NCBI GenBank assembly: GCA_021324185.1
Contig: JAJPJN010000006.1
Coordinates: 24,034 to 48,033 of the forward strand
Reading direction: 5' to 3'
Source of the DNA: Terriglobia bacterium
Lineage (GTDB): Bacteria; Acidobacteriota; Terriglobia; Bryobacterales; Bryobacteraceae
DNA length: 24,000 bases
Part shown: piece by piece, positions 1 to 6,811 of the stretch
Numbering within the stretch: position 1 is the first letter of the stretch
Layout: every line of letters starts with the position of its first letter
The notes under the pieces: generated by a model
What the model saw: the letters and a program-made list of their open reading frames with translations, nothing else
What the model was told of the DNA's origin: nothing
Databases searched by the model: none
Made by a program: the position numbers and the translations under genes

Positions 1-81
1 GCCTCCCAGCTAACCCCGACTAACTTCCCCTACCGCGCTGGAGCGCGTACACTTCTCGCACGGCTGGTGCAGGAGGATAGC

Positions 82-231
82 ATGAAATCGACGTTCGGCT
101 GGTTGGTGGCGCTTTCTTTGTTCGTCGCCAGCGCAGTAGCACAAACGCCGTTCATCTGGAGCCCTGCCAACGCTCGACGATGCCTGTGTCAAGCTCAACG
201 AAGTTTACTGGATAGAGCCAAGACAGAATGA
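82..231 (+). CDS. hypothetical small exported peptide (49 aa; below the ORF-track length cutoff)
   Basis: ATG at 82 is preceded by AGGAGG at 71-76 (5-nt spacer). It translates to MKSTFGWLVALSLFVASAVAQTPFIWSPANARRCLCQAQRSLLDRAKTE, with stop TGA at 229-231. The N-terminus has a signal-peptide layout with an AVA-Q cleavage-like site. No family recognised; it could be a gene remnant. Confidence 0.3.
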   Translation: MKSTFGWLVALSLFVASAVAQTPFIWSPANARRCLCQAQRSLLDRAKTE

Positions 232-247
232 AAGAATAAAAATCACC

Positions 248-616
248 ATGGCTAAAGCAACCTTCCAAACCGTGGATGACTACATTGCGGCGCAACCTGA
301 GGCGACCCAGCGCGTACTACAACTCGTGCGGACCACGATACGCAAGGCTCTGCCGAACGCAGAGGAGATAATCTCGTATCAGATCCCTGCTTACAAGTTG
401 CACGGCCGCATAGTGTTGTATTTCGCGGGCTGGAAGCGGCATTACTCGTTGTATCCCGCCGGCGAGCGCCTGATTGCGGCGTTCGAGGATCAGCTTGCAC
501 GTTATAAGGTCAGTAAAGGAACAATCCAATTTCCACTTTCTGAGCCGGTCCCTGCCAAGCTGATCGAACGTATCGCGAAGTCCCGCGCGAAAGAACTCGT
601 CCCGCAGGAGGAATAG
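248..616 (+). CDS. DUF1801 (YdhG-like) domain protein
   Basis: 122-aa ORF. The N-terminal TVDDYIAAQPEATQRVLQLVRTTIRKALPNAEEIISYQIPAYK pattern and the length are typical of the DUF1801 family as I remember it. Confidence 0.75.
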   Translation: MAKATFQTVDDYIAAQPEATQRVLQLVRTTIRKALPNAEEIISYQIPAYKLHGRIVLYFAGWKRHYSLYPAGERLIAAFEDQLARYKVSKGTIQFPLSEPVPAKLIERIAKSRAKELVPQEE

Positions 617-872
617 ATTCCATTGCGTCGCGCCCCCGAACCTCAAACAGGCGCTTAAATGCCGGGCCGCCGTTGAGACCGAGGCAGGGAATGCCTAGCA
701 GGGTGAACTCCACCGTCAGCACGTCGCCCTTCTTCCCGCTCGGATAGTCAGCGGGGGCGCGCTGAACAGCGGTCATTTCACTGTCCGGGAAGGTGGCAGT
801 GTAGAAGCGCGCCGCCTCATGCGCGTCTTTGTCGAACCAGAGGCAGACCGTGTTCTTTGGTTTTCTGTTCAT
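510..872 (-). pseudogene. truncated PhnB-like / 3-demethylubiquinone-9 3-methyltransferase-domain (VOC-fold) gene remnant
   Basis: The first ~73 codons (872 down to ~654) read NTVCLWFDKDAHEAARFYTATFPDSEMTAV...VLTVEFTLLGIPCLGLNGGPAFK, which matches the N-terminal half of this family. After FK the frame loses family character and runs antisense through the 3' end of the DUF1801 gene (overlap 510-616). The C-terminal half of the domain is missing. Confidence 0.5.
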
Positions 873-1004
873 GTGGATTGTTTCATCCTTTATCGTTCAG
901 GGTTCGGAGTGCAGGCTGACCGGTCGCGATGGGTGGAGTAACAGATGCGGTTGCCACGAGACCCTTCTCGTTTCATTGTGGCAATGCTGCCGGCGGAGAG
1001 CCGG

Positions 1005-2378
1005 TTAGCTGGCGCCCAATTCGGCGCGGATGGCGTCGGCGATGCGGCTAGTCCATTTTTCGACCTGCTCGTGGGTGCCGGCTTCGATCATGACGCGGGC
1101 CAGAGGCTCGGTGCCGGAGAATCGCACGACGACTCTGCCGCTGCCGTCGAACTCCTGCTCGGCGGCGCGGATTTCCGATTGTACGGATGCAAGCTCCGAT
1201 AGCGGCCGCTTGTGCTTCACGCGAACGTTGACCAGCTTCTGGGGATAGGTCGAGATTTCTGCGGCGAGATCGTCGAGCGAGCGGCCGGAATCGCGGATGA
1301 TTTCCATAACGCGCAAGGCAGTGAGCAGGCCATCGCCGGTGGTTGCGTATTCGGCAAAGATGACGTGGCCGGATTGCTCGCCACCGAGCATGGCCTCGCG
1401 CCGGAGCATCTCTTCCAGAACGTATTTGTCACCGACCGGCGTGCGCAACATCCGGATGCCACGGCCGGCTAAGGCCTTTTCGAGTCCCAGATTGGACATG
1501 ATGGTCGCGACGACCAGATCATTGGGCAACCGGCCCATACGCTTGAGTGCGGACCCGGCAAGATACAAGACGGCGTCGCCATCGACAATGCGGCCGCTGG
1601 ATGCGACGAACAGAGCGCGATCGGCATCACCATCAAAGGCGATACCGAAATCGGCGTGTGTTTCTTTTACGCGCTGCTGCAGGGCATCGAGATGAAGCGA
1701 ACCGCAATTGAGATTGATGTTGCGGCCGTTGGGTGACACCGCGATCCAGTCGACCTGGGTTCCGAGGGAATTAAAGAGGCGGGGAGCAATTTCGGTAGCG
1801 GCGCCATTGGCGCAATCGATGACCACCCGAAACGGAAAAGAGCCCGAGACGGTGCCGGCCAGGTAGGCGATATAGCGGCTATCGAGAGTCGCATCGCTGT
1901 TCAGTTGTAAGGGCGTGGCGGGCTCGTTCAGGGCCAGCCAGCGTTCCATCCCGGTTTCGAGTTCGAGTTCGACCTCATCGGCCAATTTATAACCCGAATG
2001 ACCGATGACCTTGAGGCCGTTATCGTAATAGGGATTGTGCGAGGCCGAGATCATGACGCCTGCGGCAAAGGGGCCGGTACGGGTCAAGTAGGCAACGCCG
2101 GGGGTAGTGATAACGCCCGCAAAGCGCGCGGCAACACCTGCGCGCGCGAGTCCACCCGCAACCTGTTCGGCGAGCCAAGGCCCGCTTTCCCGGGTGTCCA
2201 TTCCGATTAGAACTTCCGGGGTTGCAAGCTGCTGCCGTTCAGTGTGTGCTCGCGCGCGGGCCCAATCGCCCAGGGCGACGCCCAAAGCAAAGGCGGTACG
2301 GGCATCGAGCGGCGGCTCACCGGCCACGCCACGGATGCCGTCGGTTCCAAAGAGTTGTCTCGACCTGATTTTGGGCAT
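1005..2378 (-). CDS. glmM: phosphoglucosamine mutase
   Basis: 457 aa. N-terminal FGTDGIRG, the phosphoserine loop SASHNPYYDNGLK, and the metal loop FDGDADR. Length is typical of GlmM. Confidence 0.95.
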   Translation of the reverse strand: MPKIRSRQLFGTDGIRGVAGEPPLDARTAFALGVALGDWARARAHTERQQLATPEVLIGMDTRESGPWLAEQVAGGLARAGVAARFAGVITTPGVAYLTRTGPFAAGVMISASHNPYYDNGLKVIGHSGYKLADEVELELETGMERWLALNEPATPLQLNSDATLDSRYIAYLAGTVSGSFPFRVVIDCANGAATEIAPRLFNSLGTQVDWIAVSPNGRNINLNCGSLHLDALQQRVKETHADFGIAFDGDADRALFVASSGRIVDGDAVLYLAGSALKRMGRLPNDLVVATIMSNLGLEKALAGRGIRMLRTPVGDKYVLEEMLRREAMLGGEQSGHVIFAEYATTGDGLLTALRVMEIIRDSGRSLDDLAAEISTYPQKLVNVRVKHKRPLSELASVQSEIRAAEQEFDGSGRVVVRFSGTEPLARVMIEAGTHEQVEKWTSRIADAIRAELGAS

Positions 2379-2446
2379 TACGAGTGTATTCCCATGGTAA
2401 ACGCCGCGAGCTGCCGTTTTCAGGCCCGTGTAATCATTGAATTCGG

Positions 2447-2884
2447 ATGAATATCTCGGTCAAGAGCGAATACGCGCTCAAGGCTGTATTCGATCTGGCT
2501 GCCCAACATATCGAGCATCGCCGGCAGGCGCTGATGGCGCCGGTTAAGATTGCCGATATCGCCAAACGCCAGAAGATTCCGCAGAAGTTTCTGGAACTCA
2601 TCCTGGCGGGTTTGAAACAGAGCGGCTTCGTCGATTCGCGGCGGGGCGCCGAGGGCGGTTATCTGCTGGCGCGGTCACCGGATTCGATTACCGTCGGCGA
2701 TGTGTTGCGGGCGGTGGAGAACGTGAAGGTGGCAAACCGCGGGCACAGTGATGATCCGTTTGCCGAGATCTGGCGGCGTGTCGATGAGGCGGTTTCTGCC
2801 GTTCTGGACGAGACGACGTTTGGCGAGCTGGCTCGCAAATGGCAAGAGAAGCACACGAGTTTTGTTCCCAACTGGGAAATCTAA
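2447..2884 (+). CDS. Rrf2-family transcriptional regulator (no cysteines; CymR-like rather than IscR/NsrR-like)
   Basis: 145 aa. It starts [18 protein letters not shown] (Rrf2 wHTH signature) and has [22 protein letters not shown]. The protein contains no Cys, so Fe-S ligation is unlikely. It sits immediately upstream of cysK. Confidence 0.88.
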   Translation: MNISVKSEYALKAVFDLAAQHIEHRRQALMAPVKIADIAKRQKIPQKFLELILAGLKQSGFVDSRRGAEGGYLLARSPDSITVGDVLRAVENVKVANRGHSDDPFAEIWRRVDEAVSAVLDETTFGELARKWQEKHTSFVPNWEI

Positions 2885-2895
2885 AAGGAGAGCCG

Positions 2896-3849
2896 TTGGT
2901 ATTTCCTGATAATTCATACAGTATCGGCCGCACACCGCTTGTCAAGCTGAACCGGGTGGTGGATGGGGCCAAAGCTACGGTGCTTGCGAAGATTGAGGGC
3001 CGCAACCCGGCATTTTCGGTGAAGGATCGCATTGGGGCATCCATTGTGTGGGACGCGGAAGAGCGCGGCGTTCTGAAGCCCGGCATGGAAATCGTAGAAG
3101 CGACCAGCGGCAATACGGGAATTGCGCTTGCGTTTGTGGGCGCCGCACGCGGCTATAAAGTGACGCTCATCATGCCGGACACGATGAGCCTGGAGCGCCG
3201 GAAGGTTTTACAGATTCTGGGCGCGAATCTGGTGCTGACCGAGGGAGCGAAGGGGATGAAGGCCGCGATTGAGAAGGCGGAGGAATTACACGCTTCCGAT
3301 CCGAAGCGCTATTTTATGGCGCAGCAGTTTTCGAATCCCGCCAATCCGAAGATTCACTATGAGACCACCGGGCCGGAGATCTGGGAGGACACAGACGGGC
3401 AGGTTGATGTGCTCGTGAGCGGAGTGGGAACCGGGGGAACGATTACCGGCGTCTCGCGTTATATCAAACAGGAAAAGCGATGGCCGCTGTTATCGGTGGC
3501 GGTGGAGCCGGTTCATAGCCCGGTGATTACGCAGGCACGCGAGCAGCAGCCGTTGAAGCCGGGGCCGCATAAAATTCAGGGCTTGGGGGCGGGCTTCATT
3601 CCGGAGAACCTCGACTTATCGGTAGTAGACCGCGTGGAGCTGGTGACCAATGAAGAATCGATCGAAATGGCGCGCCGGCTGTCCACGGAAGAAGGATTGC
3701 TTTCGGGTATCTCCTGCGGAGCGGCTGTGGTTGCTGCGGTGCGTTTGGCGAAAGAGCCGGAGATGGCCGGGAAAACTATCGTGGTGATTTTGCCGGATGC
3801 GGGCGAGCGGTATCTGAGCTCGGCGCTATTTGAGGGGATGTTCGAGTAG
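2896..3849 (+). CDS. cysK: cysteine synthase A (O-acetylserine sulfhydrylase)
   Basis: PLP-lysine motif [11 protein letters not shown], the [10 protein letters not shown] loop, and [10 protein letters not shown]. The ORF track starts at ATG 2839, inside the Rrf2 gene. The in-frame TTG at 2896 has AAGGAG at 2885-2890 (5-nt spacer) and gives the canonical N-terminus (M)[19 protein letters not shown], so I prefer 2896. Confidence 0.92.
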   Translation: MVFPDNSYSIGRTPLVKLNRVVDGAKATVLAKIEGRNPAFSVKDRIGASIVWDAEERGVLKPGMEIVEATSGNTGIALAFVGAARGYKVTLIMPDTMSLERRKVLQILGANLVLTEGAKGMKAAIEKAEELHASDPKRYFMAQQFSNPANPKIHYETTGPEIWEDTDGQVDVLVSGVGTGGTITGVSRYIKQEKRWPLLSVAVEPVHSPVITQAREQQPLKPGPHKIQGLGAGFIPENLDLSVVDRVELVTNEESIEMARRLSTEEGLLSGISCGAAVVAAVRLAKEPEMAGKTIVVILPDAGERYLSSALFEGMFE

Positions 3850-3951
3850 CACTAAGCTGTTTTGGGTATTAAAGAAAGCTAAGAAAAAGTGCGCACAGGT
3901 CGTAATCCTTTTTGAAAAAATTCCGTTCCCTAGGTACATCCCCGTAACCCG

Positions 3952-3990
3952 GCGGGCGCTCTACCCCAAACAAACCCCCTGAGCGCCCGC
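3952..3990 (+). other. GC-rich stem-loop downstream of cysK (possible terminator, no U-tract)
   Basis: GCGGGCGCTC (3952-3961) and GAGCGCCCGC (3981-3990) are perfect reverse complements with a 19-nt loop. The following sequence, ACCCATCC, is not T-rich. Confidence 0.3.
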
Positions 3991-4041
3991 ACCCATCCTT
4001 AAAGAAGAATCACAGGTTCGCGCTTGGTGTAAGGTAGGTAC

Positions 4042-4069
4042 TTGACAGGATTTGGGCGCAGTCTAGAAT
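4042..4069 (+). promoter_or_regulatory. sigma-70-like promoter (TTGACA - 16 nt - TAGAAT)
   Basis: TTGACA at 4042-4047 and TAGAAT at 4064-4069, with a 16-nt spacer. The predicted TSS near 4076 lies ~9 nt before the ATG at 4085 and ~200 nt before yvcK. Confidence 0.5.
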
Positions 4070-4084
4070 AGGTGTTATTTCGCT

Positions 4085-4243
4085 ATGCAGGGCTGTCAGC
4101 ACGAGCGAACCGAATTCCTGTACCGGCGCGATGGCGTCGATTATGTCCGATGTCTCGACTGCGGGCAAGTTTTTGAAGCAGAGGATCTGGACTCGGTTCC
4201 TGTTTACGAAGACGAGGAAGAGAAACCCCGGAAGCGGCGATAA
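4085..4243 (+). CDS. hypothetical zinc-ribbon-like mini-protein (52 aa; below the ORF-track cutoff)
   Basis: ATG 4085 to TAA 4241-4243 translates to MQGCQHERTEFLYRRDGVDYVRCLDCGQVFEAEDLDSVPVYEDEEEKPRKRR. It has CxxH...CxxC knuckles, then an acidic and then a basic tail. It follows the promoter at 4042-4069 directly. No clear SD, so the leader would be very short. Confidence 0.4.
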   Translation: MQGCQHERTEFLYRRDGVDYVRCLDCGQVFEAEDLDSVPVYEDEEEKPRKRR

Positions 4244-4279
4244 CCGCAGCCGCCCCATCTAAGAAGTGCCGGCGCCTAC

Positions 4280-5398
4280 ATGAGATCTTTACCGGCGGGC
4301 AACACACTACCGAATTGTCTGCCAACCGCCGAACGCCTGAATTTAAAAAGCCCGTTGCGTGTAGTTGCAATCGGGGGCGGGACGGGGCTATCCACGCTGC
4401 TGACAGGCCTAAAGAAACATGCCCGCGGCGGTCCGGGACTGAGGCCGCGGGAAAAACCGCTGGTAGAGATCGCGGCTGTGGTGACGGTCAGCGACGATGG
4501 CGGCAGCTCGGGCAGGCTGCGGCGCGATTTCGACATTCTGCCTCCGGGCGATATTCGAAATTGCATGACGGCGTTATCTGAAGACGAAGCGCTGCTGTCG
4601 CAACTGTTTCGTTACCGTTTCGATAGCGGCCGCGGGTTGAAAGGCCACAGCTTCGGCAATCTCTTTCTGACGGCGATGCACCAGATCACCGGCGACTTTG
4701 CGCATGCGGTGAAACTGTCTTCGGAGATCCTGGCGATTCGCGGGCGAATTTTTCCGGCTACTTCGACGAATGTGTCACTCGAGGCGGTGCTGGTTGACGG
4801 CACGGTGGTTCGAGGCGAGAGCAAAATCAGCAAGAGCCGGCGGGCTATTGAGGCGATACGGCTGCATCCGGCAAACTGCCCGCCGCTGCCGGAGACACTT
4901 GAAGCAATCAGCCGGGCGGATCTGATAACGCTCGGGCCTGGTTCGCTGTATACGAGCGTAATTCCGAATGTGCTGGTGGAGGGCATTCCGGAGGCGATTC
5001 AAAATTCGCCCGCTTTGAAAGTCTACTTTGTGAATCTGATGTGGCAGCCGGGCGAGACGATTAACTTCACGGCGTCGCAGCATCTGGAGGCAATTCAGTC
5101 GCACGCGCAACGCAAAATCGTAGACTGCGTGGTGCTGAATACAACGCCCATTCCGGCTGCATTGCAACGCCGCTATGCGCGCGTAAAAGTGAAGCCGGTT
5201 GAGAATGATATCGAGCGCTTATCGGCGCTGGGCGTAAAAGTTGTAACGGCCGATCTGCTGGGAGATTCGGAGGCGATGCCGCGGAAGGTGCGGCATGATC
5301 CGCATGCGCTAGCCCAGGTGGCGATAGATCTTGCCAGCCGTTCGCGCGCGCATCAAGTCCGCAGCGAAGCGCTGCTACAACGTAGACGGAGCAGATGA
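4280..5398 (+). CDS. yvcK: YvcK/GlmR (CofD-like, UPF0052) family gluconeogenesis/UDP-GlcNAc-responsive factor
   Basis: 372 aa. VVAIGGGTGLSTLLTGLK nucleotide-binding start, VVTVSDDGGSSGRLR, and ITLGPGSLYTSVIPN, all characteristic of YvcK/CofD-like proteins. The stop overlaps the glmU ATG (ATGA at 5395-5398). Confidence 0.85.
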   Translation: MRSLPAGNTLPNCLPTAERLNLKSPLRVVAIGGGTGLSTLLTGLKKHARGGPGLRPREKPLVEIAAVVTVSDDGGSSGRLRRDFDILPPGDIRNCMTALSEDEALLSQLFRYRFDSGRGLKGHSFGNLFLTAMHQITGDFAHAVKLSSEILAIRGRIFPATSTNVSLEAVLVDGTVVRGESKISKSRRAIEAIRLHPANCPPLPETLEAISRADLITLGPGSLYTSVIPNVLVEGIPEAIQNSPALKVYFVNLMWQPGETINFTASQHLEAIQSHAQRKIVDCVVLNTTPIPAALQRRYARVKVKPVENDIERLSALGVKVVTADLLGDSEAMPRKVRHDPHALAQVAIDLASRSRAHQVRSEALLQRRRSR

Positions 5399-6783
5399 AA
5401 GAAAATTTGACAGCCGTGATTCTGGGGGCCGGCCTGGGAACGCGGATGAAGTCGGAAAAAGCGAAAGTGCTGCATGAGGCGGGCGGAGATACGATTCTGA
5501 ATCACGTGATCCGCGCCGCGCTCACGGTGACAGCGCCGGAACGGATCGTGGTGGTGGTGGGGCATCAGGCGGATAAGGTGAAGCAGAGTGTGCGGGCCGC
5601 CGGGATACGCTTCGCGGTGCAAGCCGAGCAGAAGGGGACCGGGCACGCGGCGCGGTGCGCGCGCAATGCAATCGACTCGGAAGACGGCCTTCTTCTGATT
5701 CTGAATGGGGACGGGCCGCTGCTGAGGGCAGAGACGGTGCAAAAGCTGGTGCAGGCGGCCGAAGCACACGGCGGAGGCGGCGCTCTGATTACGACGGAGC
5801 TGCCGGACCCGACTGGTTATGGGCGCATTATTCGCGATGAAAACGGCACGATCGCTTGCATTATCGAGCAGAAGTCCGGTACACCGGAGCAGCTTGCCAT
5901 TCGTGAGGTAAATCCGGGCGCGTACTGTTTTCGAGCGCGCCCGTTCTGGAGCTATATTGACGAATTGCGGCCGTCGGTTCCGGCGCAGGAGTTCTATCTG
6001 ACCGATATGGCGGAAATCCTGGCGCGGCATGGTTATCCGGTTCTGCCGGTCGCGGTGGAAGACTATACGGAGCTTCTGGGTATCAACACGCGAGTTGAAC
6101 TCGCTACAGCCGACCGTATTTTGAGGATGCGTAAAGCCACGGCGCTGATGCTTGGCGGCGTGACGATCGAGCATCCGGAGACGGTGACGATCGATATAGA
6201 TGTTGAGGTCGGCGCGGATTCGCTGATCGAGGCCAACGTGCAGTTGCGCGGCACGACGCGCGTGGGTTCGAATTGCCGCATCGGGACGGGCTCGGTGATC
6301 CGGAACTGCAGAATTGCGGATGGTGTGACAGTGTTGCCTTATGTCATCGCCGATGATTCAGCCCTGGCGGCAGGCGCCTGCGCCGGGCCGTTTTCACGGC
6401 TGAGAATGGAAGCCGAAGTGGCGGAGAACGCGCATATCGGCAATTTTGTCGAGTTGAAGAAAACGAAGTTCGGGGCCGGGGCCAAGGCTAATCATCTGGC
6501 TTATCTGGGCGACGCCACCATCGGGGGCGAGGTAAATATCGGCGCCGGCACCATCACGTGCAATTACGATGGCGAGCGCAAGCATCCGACCACAATTGAG
6601 GACGGCGCCTTTATTGGCAGCAACTCGACGCTGGTTGCACCGCTGAAGATCGGGGCGGGAGCCTACGTTGCGGCGGGTTCTACGATCACGAAGGACGTGG
6701 AAGCTGACGCGCTGGCGTTGGGGCGGGCGTACCAGGTAGATAAGCCTGACTGGGCGCGCAAACGGCGGGAAAAGAAGCGCTGA
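5395..6783 (+). CDS. glmU: bifunctional UDP-N-acetylglucosamine diphosphorylase / glucosamine-1-phosphate N-acetyltransferase
   Basis: 462 aa. N-terminal AVILGAGLGTRMKS, QAEQKGTGHA, and C-terminal left-handed beta-helix hexapeptide repeats (NYDGERKHPTTIEDGAFIGSNSTLVAP). Confidence 0.95.
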   Translation: MKENLTAVILGAGLGTRMKSEKAKVLHEAGGDTILNHVIRAALTVTAPERIVVVVGHQADKVKQSVRAAGIRFAVQAEQKGTGHAARCARNAIDSEDGLLLILNGDGPLLRAETVQKLVQAAEAHGGGGALITTELPDPTGYGRIIRDENGTIACIIEQKSGTPEQLAIREVNPGAYCFRARPFWSYIDELRPSVPAQEFYLTDMAEILARHGYPVLPVAVEDYTELLGINTRVELATADRILRMRKATALMLGGVTIEHPETVTIDIDVEVGADSLIEANVQLRGTTRVGSNCRIGTGSVIRNCRIADGVTVLPYVIADDSALAAGACAGPFSRLRMEAEVAENAHIGNFVELKKTKFGAGAKANHLAYLGDATIGGEVNIGAGTITCNYDGERKHPTTIEDGAFIGSNSTLVAPLKIGAGAYVAAGSTITKDVEADALALGRAYQVDKPDWARKRREKKR

Positions 6784-6811
6784 GCGGTGCGCCGAAGCAA
6801 GTTTGTTGTTG

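Noticed and set aside
10-198. 62-aa minus-strand ORF
   Set aside because: It lies antisense to the RBS-supported signal-peptide ORF, and its sequence (Arg/Ser/Cys-rich) has no features.
951-1004. Two hairpins just downstream of the glmM stop (CCGGC-N5-GCCGG at 990-1004; TTGCCAC-N20-GTGGCAA at 951-984)
   Set aside because: The stems are real, but neither is followed by a U-tract on the minus strand. They may aid termination, but I cannot support a terminator call.
3850-4084. Possible riboswitch or glmS-ribozyme-like element upstream of the yvcK-glmU amino-sugar genes
   Set aside because: I do not recognise the conserved glmS ribozyme core, and glmS itself is not here. The region is explained by one simple hairpin (3952-3990) and a promoter (4042-4069).
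4010-4370. Minus-strand ORFs 4010..4258 and 4083..4370
   Set aside because: They run antisense across a strong plus-strand promoter, the zinc-ribbon ORF and the yvcK start. Their sequences are low-complexity with no start context.
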